Origin: Octopus sinensis
Taxonomy: Eukaryota
DNA length: 64,000 nt
Assembly (NCBI RefSeq): GCF_006345805.1
Contig: NC_043000.1
Coordinates: 74,214,001 to 74,278,000, forward strand
Reading direction: 5' to 3'
Notes under the pieces: model-generated
Databases searched by the model: none
What the model saw: only the letters and a program-made list of their open reading frames with translations
Told to the model about the DNA's origin: nothing
In this document: piece by piece, positions 13,501 through 25,000 of the stretch
Layout of the letters: the number at the start of each line of letters is the position of its first letter
How positions within the stretch are numbered: the first letter of the stretch is position 1
Program-made: the position numbers and the translations under genes

Positions 13501-15416
13501 TCTAGGATGCAAGAAAACGGGAGATCCATTGGTGAGTAGTTGTATGTACTGAAGCATTAACATTGGCAAGGCTTGATATTTATCTGGCTGATTTGCAATA
13601 AAAAAATAGTTGGCTGACAGAAGTGGAATTGAAAAGTCTTCCTAAAGCGTATAACTGTGTATTGTTATTGATAAGTCTCTTTCTTTTGACATCCACTAAT
13701 AGTGAAAAATGATGGAGAAAATCTGCTTCTAAAATTGGGTGAGGAACGTCAACAATGATAAAAACCCACTGGAAACTTTGTCTGAGATTCAGGTCCAGTG
13801 TGAGTGAAATCTCACCGAAAGTTTTAATAGGAGAGCTGTTGACAGCTTGAAGAGATATATCAGAAGTGAAAAGATTTTCTTTGACAAATTTAGATGGCCA
13901 TATACTGCAGGACACTCCAGAATTGACTAGAAATTCCTTTTTAGACTCAAAATGTATGAAAAATGTGTGACTAGAAGAAAATGTGCCAGGAACTACAGTC
14001 ACACTCGGAGTTCGGCTTTTTAGTTTGCCTGAGTTTTAAATGTACAAGGTGAAATACATTTCTTAGCTGCAGAACCAATCTTATAATGATACCAGCAAAA
14101 AGGTTTTGATCTGCTGGGAGAACGGGAATCAGAATGACGATAGCGATGAGGTGAAGAACTTCCATTGATACGCAAGAGATGAATTTCTGTGACTAGCTTA
14201 TCTATAGTCCTCTGCGGTGATTCACGAAAATCTTTGAATTCAGAAGAAACTGTTGCAACTGACAAAGGAGAATTGTTCTGTTCTGGAGTAGATTTTGTAT
14301 ACTCCAAAATTTTATCTACTGACACAGTAAGTTGGTTGACTGTGCTAACGTCAGTCAAATGGGTGAGCATACCTTGAACATACTGTGGTAATATGGAGAA
14401 AAAGAGTTGTTTAAGCAACTTACTTTCAGCAGGGTTGTCTTCTGTGAGCTGGCGCATTTTTCTGAGCATTTGCGATGGTGTTCTGTCTCCTCAAGTTTTT
14501 GAAACTTCTTTTTGGAAGAGAGTGAAGTTCGTCGTAAAATTTCATTTTTGATTGATGAATACATTGCCTCTGCCAGTGGAGCTGTAATAATATCTCACAA
14601 TTCTCCAGTTAATGGTATAGAGTTAAGTAAAATGTAGAGCTGCTGTTGGTCTGAATTGTGTTTGTTTGCCAAGGAAAATGCTTCTAAACTGGGCAAACCA
14701 GACAGCGATATCTCTTGTAAAAATTGATATTACTGGATGATTCATAGCAGATATCGTCATTTGAGTTGAAGATAATTCAGTTGAAGAAAATTGTGACATG
14801 GAATATATTAGAATATAACTAAATTATTCTCGTTGGTTGGTTGCCAATTTATGTGGTGAACAAATATTCTCCAGGGTAGAATTCAGGATCCAAGTCAGTT
14901 GGTCACCAGTTTATGTAATGAGAATGTGTGTTCAGTATCAAGTATTGAAATGGCTGCATGTATATTATTGGAATTCTTACAAAGAAGAATAAATTTAAGA
15001 ACTATATATTTATTGCATAAAAATATATTTTATTCATTGGTTGTTGATGAAGCAATCAAAATGTAAAATTTAGTTGAATGAAGTAACCTATACAAGAAAG
15101 TTCAGAAATGTAGAAATAACAGCTACGTGGTGGTTTTCAGTCATGTGACAGAGAGAAATAGACAGGCATAGCAATGACATGAATGGCTCAGAGTCTCAAT
15201 TAGACTCTAAGGAGCAAAGTGCAGGGCTAACAAGCTATTTTTATTAATGGAACGCTAGACATTCTAGAAACTTACAACTTCTTGAATATTTAAGAATTAC
15301 TTAAATTACTCATGATGTAGATGTTTTAAGAAACTTATTAAAGGGAAATTACTCTATAAAACTTTCTGCAAGATAGATAATTCAACTATTTTAGGTACAG
15401 ACCACAAACTACTACA
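10597..15416 (-). mobile_element. Ty3/Gypsy LTR retrotransposon, CsRn1/Kabuki-like, decayed
   Basis: Diverged TG...CA LTR pair at 10597-11106 and 14914-15416. PBS TGGTGACC (tRNA-Trp-like) at 14901-14908; short PPT (AGGGGG) beside the 3' LTR. Fragmented gag (about 14020-14790), protease FLVNSG (13580-14002), RT YIDN (12805-13569), RNase H (12423-12788) and integrase (about 11350-12200). No intact TSD. Confidence 0.92.
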
Positions 15417-15798
15417 CTCGTCTTAAAATGACATTCTTAAATTCTCTTCATATGTTTTCCAAACTCGAATATTCCACTCGTATGTCTTTTAATTCTTCAG
15501 AAAAATTTTTAACCACTCCTACAGTGGAAATCAGATATATCCATTCAAAATTTTATTACCCTTAACTGTGGAAAGTAGTTTATATACCAATCATTCTTTT
15601 GTTGAAGGGTGCCATGTTTGGAACTATTTTTTTATTGAGGCAGTGTGACTTGTAAAAAATATCAGTTCTATTTTTTGACAAATGTTTAACATCATTATTG
15701 GAATAACCATGAAGTTTAATCTTGCACTCGAATTATTATTAATTTTTAATGTTTCTTCTGATGTGGATTTATGGATTTTATATTTCTTTCTATTTTAG

Positions 15799-15933
15799 TT
15801 GAAAACAATGAAGAGACTTTGGCAGCTACGCAGTGCTTTTCCTTTAATTAAGTTTGATGATCCTTCTTCTCAAGATCTAAAGAATTTAATTTGTGAAAGT
15901 TTGGTTAGTCCATCATTTATGAAAAAAGAAGAG
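15799..15933 (+). CDS. NCAPG2: NCAPG2 exon
   Basis: AG/GTGAGT boundaries, 45 codons: LKTMKRLWQLRSAFPLIKFDDPSSQDLKNLICESLVSPSFMKKEE (cf. RLWRIHQAL...YIKKEE). Confidence 0.9.
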
Positions 15934-17647
15934 GTGAGTACATGAATTTTCATGTCTACAACATACCTTTTTTTAATTCATTATTTACAATGTTTATACT
16001 GTTTGAGAAATCATGGAACCTTTATTTTCCTTCCCTTAAGAACTTAATATTACTTATTAAATCATTTATTAACTTGATTTATTTAGCTTCTTTCAACAAT
16101 GAAAGGGGCTAAATATTTATGCAAATAATTAACTGCTAATGCTTTCATTTAATCTTAAGATTGTATTGATATGTAGGCCAGTGAGCTGGATTTGAAGAAT
16201 ACTTAACCATGTACATGTGTGTACACACAGCTCAGATAAGGAAAAAGAAAAGTAAAAATGAGAATTATTATTTTTAATTTTAGAACAACACTTGAATCAT
16301 AGTTACTGTCTTTGAGTGTTTCTGAATAATTATCTTTTAATTAGATTCTTTCAGAAACTCAAAATGAGAAATTATTTGATATTTTTCAATAATTTTCAAT
16401 TGGAACTCAGAAAGTAGAACATCATCTGTAAGATTCTTGAAGATATTTATCTTAAATGATATTGTTATATTTCAGAATGGTCATTTTGCCAGTTTAGCCA
16501 ATAAAAAATCTTGCACAACAAATATATCTTAAATGAGTTTCACGTCAAAATACATGTCAGAATATATTTGGTTGTAGTGTGGAATTGATAATTTCCAGAT
16601 CACATTGTACTTGAGGTCATACTTACTTGCACCACTATCTTTTTCCCTCTATTTAAAAGTTAAAACTACAGCAATATCCAATATCTGCCTTTACAGCTTA
16701 TTATCTGGGCTTATTTGGTATGTATTTCTAGGAACATATCCAGTCTTTATATGCTCTGTCTGGAGATATTTTTCTCTCTGGCCAGTAATAGAACTTCAGT
16801 GCCTTTTATACAGTGCAGAAATTTATTTTAAATTATGGTTTATAATTTTCTTCCATATCTACAGACCTTTAGTTAGCTTTTTATATGTGATAGTGCAACA
16901 CACTTTCATTTGGGTCATAATGCTAAAACCATGGGGTTCAGTACTCAATAATTGGTAATTCTGGATAGCTTGCTAATTATAATTGTGGCTAAAAATAATC
17001 CAAATTTTGTTGAGGTATGTAGGAATACATAGTTTGTCCTTTTTCTTTGTTTATATTCTGTGTAGTGATTAATCTTTGAAGTTATCTAACTTGTGTTAAA
17101 ATAAAATAGTCAATGGAGTTTGAGTCATCAGATAGTTTGTAACTTAGTCAATTTTCTTTTGAAAAATTTCAAAAAATATTTTAAAAGTTTATACTTAAAT
17201 CACTTTTATTAGTACTTTCACTATCAGAAGCTGAAACAGTGATGTCCTTTATTGCATTTTCCATTTCAAGCTGTTTCTTCTTTCCTCAAAGGTTTTTTGA
17301 AAAATTTAATTGCTACTATTGAATGTGAAGCTGGTTTCCATTTCAAAAGAAGTTAAGTCATAGAAATAGAAATAAAAAGTATTTAAGAAAACTAGCCAAA
17401 AACTTTGGGGAGTACAAAATTCATACTATTTTAAGAGTTGGAAATTACAGCCAGGATTAGTTTGAATGTGTTGTTAACAATGAATGTTTTAATATGGCCA
17501 ATTTTAGGAGGTTGGTACCAGGGGAGAAGATTGTTTAGATTGGTATTAAAAGAATTTAAAAAATTCAGTTTTATATCCATGCATTATTCTTGTGCTATTA
17601 GGATGTATGTATAGCATGTTATATAGGTTATATTTTATCTTTTCCAG

Positions 17648-17742
17648 GGTGTACGTGTACTAGGCTCTATATTGCCATTGAATCTTGATTTTATGAAAAC
17701 CTGTCATGAAGTCATAAAGAAAAGTTTGGTTACAGTTCCGAA
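17648..17742 (+). CDS. NCAPG2: NCAPG2 exon
   Basis: tttccAG/GTAACT boundaries; GVRVLGSILPLNLDFMKTCHEVIKKSLVTVP plus AA (phase 2), which matches the start phase of the next exon. Confidence 0.85.
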
Positions 17743-17847
17743 GTAACTATTTTTCTTTTTATTACTTCTGAAAATTTAAAGAAGAAAAATATGAAATAAC
17801 TGTTGACTTCAAAGTTTAATTTTGAACACTATTGCTTTTTATTGCAG

Positions 17848-18010
17848 AGGGTAATATTTACTTCTAACATTGGTAGAAGGTCACAAATTTGGAGGGAGAG
17901 TTGATAGTTGATTAAATTGTTCCTAGTATTTAACTGGTATTGTATTTTTTCAACCCTGGAAGGATGAAAAGCAAAGTTGACTAAGGTTAGGTTTGAATTC
18001 AGAGTAACTA
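17848..18010 (-). mobile_element. Degenerate tRNA-derived SINE fragment
   Basis: Minus strand reads a B-box-like ctctgaattcaaac followed by a degenerate ctttgcttttcatccttccagggttgaaaaa central domain (Deu/Nin-like, from recall). Confidence 0.5.
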
Positions 18011-18349
18011 AGTACTACAAGGCACTTCAGCCATAACTCTATTGTTTTTGTTAATTCACCAACCTCAAAGGAGCATTATTAATATAAGATGAAAGATATT
18101 GCATTTTTGCATAGTTAATAGAAAATTGTGTTAGATATTGCTTTTTGGAGTCATTAGGCTGCATGTAAAAAGGAAAGAGAAAGACATCCACTGTTTATCT
18201 GTGTATTCGTCTTTTTTATATACTTGATGAAGGGGAGAGGGTATTAGCACTGCATCTCATTAACCCTCTACTTAACATTTCTCCAATCCTTTCTCTTTGA
18301 GAAAGTTATTTCTTGGAACTTTTTCTACTTTCTCTCAACTACTAATCTA

Positions 18350-20104
18350 CAGGGTAGGGCAGAGAGGACAGATATTTTTGAAAAATTCACAAAATCATTA
18401 ATTTTAACTGCAAACCAATTTTATCGTCATCAATGTGTTCGTATTGAATTAGCATTTGTCAAAATTAAGTGTGGAAAACAGCATCCATCATGTGGTGTCC
18501 GTCTTTATTGATGCATTTCTGAAGGCATTCTTGGAAGTTGGCCTCCACTTTCGCCAGCATTGCTCTGCTGATTTGGGTGACTTCCATTTAAATAACTTTT
18601 TTCAAATCATCCAATGTATGGAGTTTATGTGCATACATGCATGCCTTGAGATTTCCCCACAAGAAATAATCTCACATGGACAAATCAGGGGACCGAGGGG
18701 GCCAAGGAATGTCAGTAAACCTGGGAATGAGGCGGTCACTGAAGAAAAGGCTGTAGTGATCCTATACAACGGCGCGCTCGCGCACCGTCCATTTGTATTT
18801 CGTGCGTGCGGGGTTGGTGCTTTCACCACCGGAAGAAGAACCCTTTTGCCTACGTAGCAGTTAGCCGAGGCAAGGGGATCGTAAGACGTTGACCACCAGC
18901 GTCCAGCAAGCAGCGACTTGAGACAGCGGCGACGGTCACGTATATTTTTTCTCCGTCCGAACTTGATTCTAGCAGCACCTTACCAAAAGGCCTTTAACCA
19001 AATTGTTGCAGACCACATCTCCCTGTTCCGGACGCCATCTTTGACCAGTGTCGTTTTGCATTTGAACACTTTCTTATTTTACAGCGATAAGGTTCAGCAC
19101 TGACACATTTATACCAAAGGGATACCAGATAACCACTTATTGTTACTGTTACCACATTAGAGAATAAAGTAGTATATATATCTTTTACGTCTGCGTCTTG
19201 TTGTTTCTGACTGGTAGAGAATCTGGATTTTAAAGCAACAGATAGTGATTGCTTTCTTGTACCCCGAAAGTACAAGAGAAGATATTCACACTAAGTTCTT
19301 TCACTATCCGTTGCTTTAAAATCCAGATTCTCTACCAGTCAGAAACAACAAGACGCAGACGTAAAAGATATATATACTACTTTATTCTCTAATGTGGTAA
19401 CAGTAACAATAAGTGGTTATCTGGTATCCCTTTGGTATAAATGTGTCAGTGCTGAACCTTATCGCTGTAAAATAAGAAAGTGTTCAAATGCAAAACGACA
19501 CTGGTCAAAGATGGCGTCCGGAACAGGGAGAAGATGTGGTCTGCAACAATTTGGTTAAAGGCCTTTTGGTAAGATGCTGCTAGAATCAAGTTCGGACGGA
19601 GAAAAAATATACGTGACCATCGCCTTCGGTCGCTGCTGTCTCAAGTCGCTGCTGTCTCAAGTCGCTGCTTGCTGGACGCTGGTGGTCAACGTCTTACGAT
19701 CCCCTTGCCTCGGCTAACTGCTACGTAGGCAAAAGGGTTCTTCTTCCGGTGGTGAAAGCACCAACCCCGCACGCGCGAAATACAAACGGACGGTGCGCGA
19801 GCGCGCGCCGTTGTATAGGATCACTACAAGGCAAAGAACATCGATTGATGCTCTGGCTTTGAGGGCCATCGCCCCATCCTGCTGAAACCACACATGTTGA
19901 ATAGGCTATGACAGATTTATTCTTCACATAACTGTTGTAGGCAAAGACATGATACTCTTTCATGCACAGGGCCATGGCTTCACCTGAACAGAAACAAAAT
20001 CCTAAGAAACCACAGACTGAACGGTACCTGCAAAACATATGTCCTTCCCACTGGAGCTGAGTAATAGTCATTTCAAAAACGTCCATCCTCTCTGCCTCAC
20101 CCTG
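18350..20104 (-). mobile_element. Non-autonomous Tc1/mariner rosa-family (DD41D) transposon, interrupted by the palindromic element
   Basis: Roughly 36-bp TIRs (CAGGGTAGGGCAGAGAGG / CCTCTCTGCCTCACCCTG) and TA flanks. After removing the insert the frame reads WFQQDGA...WPPRSPDLSM*DYFLWG, with 41 residues between the 2nd and 3rd Asp. Confidence 0.85.
18752..19828. mobile_element. 1077-bp foldback (palindromic) non-autonomous element
   Basis: Arms 18752-19248 and 19301-19828 are reverse complements (about 5 substitutions and 3 indel sites), with a 52-bp spacer. TGTAGTGA...TCACTACA ends; AGGC TSD at 18748-18751 and 19829-19832. Confidence 0.92.
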
Positions 20105-20428
20105 TATAAAAATTCAAATTGATCATTTACCTCACCCACTTATTCTTATCTCTCAGTTTGGTATGACTAGAAAAGATCTCTCTCTTTCTCTGTCTCTCTC
20201 TCAATAGTTACTTGGTTACCAGAATCCTTTAGCATATGGTAATGAGTGTGGGTATAAAAAATTATGGCTTTTACAACTGATATGGAAAGAGAATTCAATG
20301 AAAGTTGCTTTATTATTGAGCCTATTCTGTGAGGTTTTGCTTTATTGTGGAAATATTTTATGTTTACCTCATTTCTTATGTAGGTACTTTGGGGAATTTC
20401 AAATATGAACAGGGTTCAGTCACAGATA

Positions 20429-21691
20429 TTGGATCATCACATAAATAGTGTGGTTTTTTTAATTGCATGAAATAAAAGTTGGAGTGGGCCAGGATAAACA
20501 ACCTGCATCATCTTACTATAAAAGCAAGTTGTAATTTTACCTTGTCCTTATTCTTAGTGTAAGTTTTGAAGAGTGCAGTTTGATTTTAACAGTAATTTTT
20601 TTCAAAGCTATAATGGAAGTGACAAAGGAATGTATATATTGCTTTATGAATTCAATAAAGGCAATGGAAAGCACAAGGAATATTAATGCAGTATATGGGG
20701 ATCAGACAATAAGCATAAGCCAGTGTCAACAGTGGTTCCAGAAATTCTGAGCTGGAAACTACAGCCTGGAAGACGAGCCTCATTCTGGAAGATCTCTAGA
20801 GCTCCTCAAGGATGTCCTGCAAACCCTGATAGAACAAAATCCCATCATAACCATTGAAGAACTAGCAGAGAAGCTTCGATTTGGTTATTCAACCATTCAT
20901 TGACACCTGCGTGCCATTGGAAAAGTAAGAAAATTGATCAGTGGGTTCCTTGCAAACTTTCAGAGTTCAATCACGTGCAGAGAGTGAATGTGTGCTCTTC
21001 TTTGTTTTCATGTCTCATGAATGAACCCTTTTTGGATTGAATAGGGACTGGTGATGAGAGATGGGTTCTCTATAAAAATGTCAAGCACAGAAGACTGTGG
21101 GCAGAGAAAGGAGAAACACTGGCTCCCCAAACTAAAGGAGGTTTTCACCTACGTAACATCTGTTTGGTGGGATATGAAAGGTTTAGTGCACTTTGAACTT
21201 TTAAACCCAAACCAAACGTATAACAAAGGAGATCTACTGCAAGCAGCTTGAGCAGTTTAAGTCAGCACTAGAAGGAAAACAACCATCTTTGATTTCAAGA
21301 TGAAAGGTTTTATTCCATCAGGATAATGCTCGGCCATATACAGCGAGGATGACATTCCTAAGGCTGTTGCATTTTGAATGGGAAATGATGCTCCACCCAC
21401 CATATTCATCAGACAATGTCTCACATCTCATTATCATTTATTCCACAGTCTTCAAAATCATTTGGACGTAAAAAATATAAATTCTGTAGATGAGGTCAGA
21501 ACGGTACTGGAGGAGCATTTTTCATCATAGACAAATGAATTTTAGAAGAAGGGTCTTGTAAGTCTACCAGATGGATGAAAGAGCATTGTAGAAAATGAAG
21601 GAGAGTATATTTTAGATTAAAAAAGAACTTTAACTTAATTTTGAAATATAAAAATAGTATAAAAAGACTGCATTATTTATGGGATGACCCC
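20429..21691 (+). mobile_element. mariner transposon, full length, pseudogenised transposase (about 20613-21620)
   Basis: TIRs (GGATCATCACATAAAT / ATTTATGGGATGACCC), TA flanks, about 1.26 kb. Motifs QWFQKF, QWVP, TGDERWVLY, HQDNARP and HPPYS; multiple stops. Confidence 0.92.
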
Positions 21692-22041
21692 TATCAATAC
21701 AGGTCAGAATTTTCAGTTGGGTATTTGCTGATCAGTGTTCTGAACGTTTTTGTAAACCATTCTTGTTATAAGAGCAGAACTCTCTAGCAAAACATAATGT
21801 GACTTTTTAGGCTAATAGTTACTGCTTTTAGATAAAATAGTTATTGGGTTTTTTTTTTTCCAGTTTAAAGGAGGAAGAGATTATACTTTTGATCCTCACA
21901 AGCTCCCCAAAACTGATAACATTAATATAATTGATATTGAGTTTGAGCATCTTTAAGCTCGTCTGCTCCATAAATATAGGTAGAAAAGGGATTCCAGAAA
22001 GTTGGTCAATTTGAAGGGGAAGGAGAGAAAGGATTAGGTAT

Positions 22042-25000
22042 TGTTGTTGTTATACATATATATATATATATATATATATTTATAATGTATACTGTATTGA
22101 GTATGAAAGGAAATAGTGAGTACTTAGTATGAAAGATTAAGAAAGTGAGAGAGACTGGATAAACGTGTTAACAATACGAGATACTTTATTAGACTGCTGC
22201 TTATACAAGGTATCTCCCGGGGTAGGAGATTTACTGATTGTCTCTGTATCAAGGGAGATAATGGGCGACGTTAATTGTTCATATTTGTTGTGATGATTAT
22301 ATTAACATCTCCCTTTTTTTCTTTTTTTTTTATCTGTATCTACAGGGAATAATTATTCGTCATCCACTTGTTGTGGTTTTATTATTTTGCAGTGTTGAAT
22401 TCTGTGGTTGTGCTGTTTTTGTTTTTTCATGCATGTTTGTTGACTTTGGAAGTATATTTTCATAATCTAATTCTTTTGTTTTAAGAATGTGTTGTCTATT
22501 TTGTTTGACTGTATTACCTTCCTCTGTTACTACTAAGTATGAACGAGGTTGCTCTAGTTTTTTAATTATTTTGCCCCTTCTAAACCAATTGTTGTTAAAC
22601 TTAATTCTAACCGTGTCGTGTGGTTTTAACTCTGGGAGTTCTGTTGTAATGTTTGATTTCTTCTTTTCGATTGGCCTGATACCAATTTTGTCGTGTAGTA
22701 TGTTTGGGAGATTTGTTCGCAATGTTCTATTCATTATTTGATTTGCAGGGGATGGTGCACCATTTTGTAATTTAGTCGTGTGTAATGCTAGGAGCGCTAA
22801 TTGAGGTTCTTCGCCACTTTTGAATGCCTTTTTTAGCGTCTTTTTTATTGTCTGTATATTTCTCTCAACCATGCCATTCGCTTGATAATGCGGGCTTGTT
22901 TTCGTGTGATGAAAATGCAAATTTTTTGCAAATTTTTTGAATTCAGCCAAATTGAATTCTGGACCGTTGTCACTTACAACTGTTTGTGGAATTCCGAATT
23001 TAGCAAAAGTTTCTTTTATTTTTTTGATTACAGTTTTTGAAAGGCAATCATTTATTTTGTGTAGATCAAAAAATCTTGTATAGTCAGTGATTGTGACATA
23101 CGAATTTCCAGACAGGTGAAATATGTCTGTACCCACTTTGGTCCATGGTGTAGTAGGTACTTCATGATTTATTAGTGGTTCGACTGGTTGTTGGTTTTTG
23201 TAATCGATGCAGTATGAGCATGTGTTAATCATGTCTTTGATTTGAGCGTTAATGCCGGGCCAGTATATACATTCCTTGGCTCGCTCTGTGCATTTTTCGA
23301 TACCCATGTGTCCGGTATGTATTTCCTGTAGAGCTTCTCTACATAATGACTTAGGTACAACGATTCTTGGACCTTTTAGGATGAGACCATTGACGATCGA
23401 TATTTCATCACGAACAGAGACGAATGGTTTGATGTTTATTGGTATTTTGTCTTTTGGGGGCCATTCTGTTCTTGTATATGTGATGAGTGTCTGTAGTGAC
23501 GGGTCGTCTGCAGTGGCTTCTTTGTACTCGTTTAATTTAGTGTCGGTTATGGGGTAATTTTTTATTACTGCATGTATGTGCGATTTCATATCTTCGTCTG
23601 ATACTTCTGGAGTATTTTGTTCAAGGTATGCACGTGATAGGGTATCTGCAACAACTGATTCTTTACCAGGTATGTGGTTTAGGTCAAAATCGTATTTTTG
23701 TAATGCTAGTAGAAATCTTTGGATTCTGGGGGGGCATTTAGTGATCGATTTTTTGAATATTTGCTTCTACAGTTTATGGTCATTTTCGATTCTGAAATGA
23801 GTTCCATATATAAACTGATGAAATTTCTTGCATGCGAAAACTATACTGAGAGCTTCGCTCTCTATCGGACAGTAGTTTTGTTCTGCTTGAGTTGTTGCAC
23901 GAGATGCAAACGAAACAGGTAGCCATCTTTCGTTGTGTTTCTGCTCAAGTATCGCTCCGAGCCCATGCTTACTAGCATCTGTAGTTATTTTTATTGGTAG
24001 ATCTAGATCATAAAATTGTAGCACTGGTTTTCTGGTAATCATTTCTTTTAGCTTTTTTATTGCTTCGATTTGGGGTTTGTCGAATGACCATAACGTGTCA
24101 CTCTGTAGAAGCTGGCATAATAGTGCTGTAACTTCGGAGAAATTTGATAAAAATTTACATAGGTAATTTGTCATACCTAGGAATCTTTGTAATTCTTTTT
24201 TACTTGTTGGCAGTGGCATGTGAATGATTGCTTGCACTTTGGTTGGATCTTGTTTTATCCCTTCGCTGGTTAATAGATGCCCAAGGTACGTAATTTGTGA
24301 TTCATAGAAGATACACTTTGATTTATTTAACTTTAATCCGTGCTTTCGGATTCGTTCAAAAACTTGTTGTAGTCTATTTGTGTGTTCTTCTAAAGTGCTG
24401 GACCAGATTATAATGTCATCCTGTGAATTTCTTGCTCCTTCTATGCCCTCTATTATTTTTGCGATTTCTTTTTTGGAAAACTTCACTGGCGCTGTGAATT
24501 CCATAGGGTAGTTGTGTGAAGCAATATCTTCCAAAAGGTGTGTTGAACGTTAACAGGTGGGAGCTTTCTTCGTCAACTGGAATTTGCCAGTATCCATTAG
24601 ATGCATTGAGTTTCGAGAAATATTTAGGTTTATGCATTTGTGCAAAAATGTCCTCCGCTGTAGGGAGTTTGAAATGTTGCCTTTTTATGGCTTTGTTTAG
24701 ATTCTTGGGGTCTAAACAGAGTCGGAGTTTTCTGTTGGCTTTTTCAATGATGACTAGGGAATTTACCCAGTCTGTAGGTTCACTAACAGGTTTTATGATT
24801 CCTAATTCTGTCATTCTTTTTAATTCTTTTTTGAGTTTTTCTTTTATAGAAAAAGGAACCGATCTTGGTGGATGAATTACAGGAGTTATTTGTGGATCCA
24901 CTGTGATATGATGTGTTTTTGGCAAAGTGCCGATTTCTCCGAAACAGTCTTCATATTTTTCTATTATGTCGTTTGCGTTCAACGAATTTATTTTTAAAAT

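Noticed and set aside
10592-15421. TSD for the CsRn1-like Gypsy
   Set aside because: The flanks (actta / ctcgt) do not match, so no TSD is claimed.
16605-16958. 117-aa hydrophobic ORF as a membrane protein
   Set aside because: T-rich intronic sequence produces such ORFs by chance, and no motif is recognisable.
18456-20086. ORFs 18456-18857 and 19721-20086 sharing an identical C-terminus
   Set aside because: This is an artefact of reading into the two palindrome arms from opposite sides.
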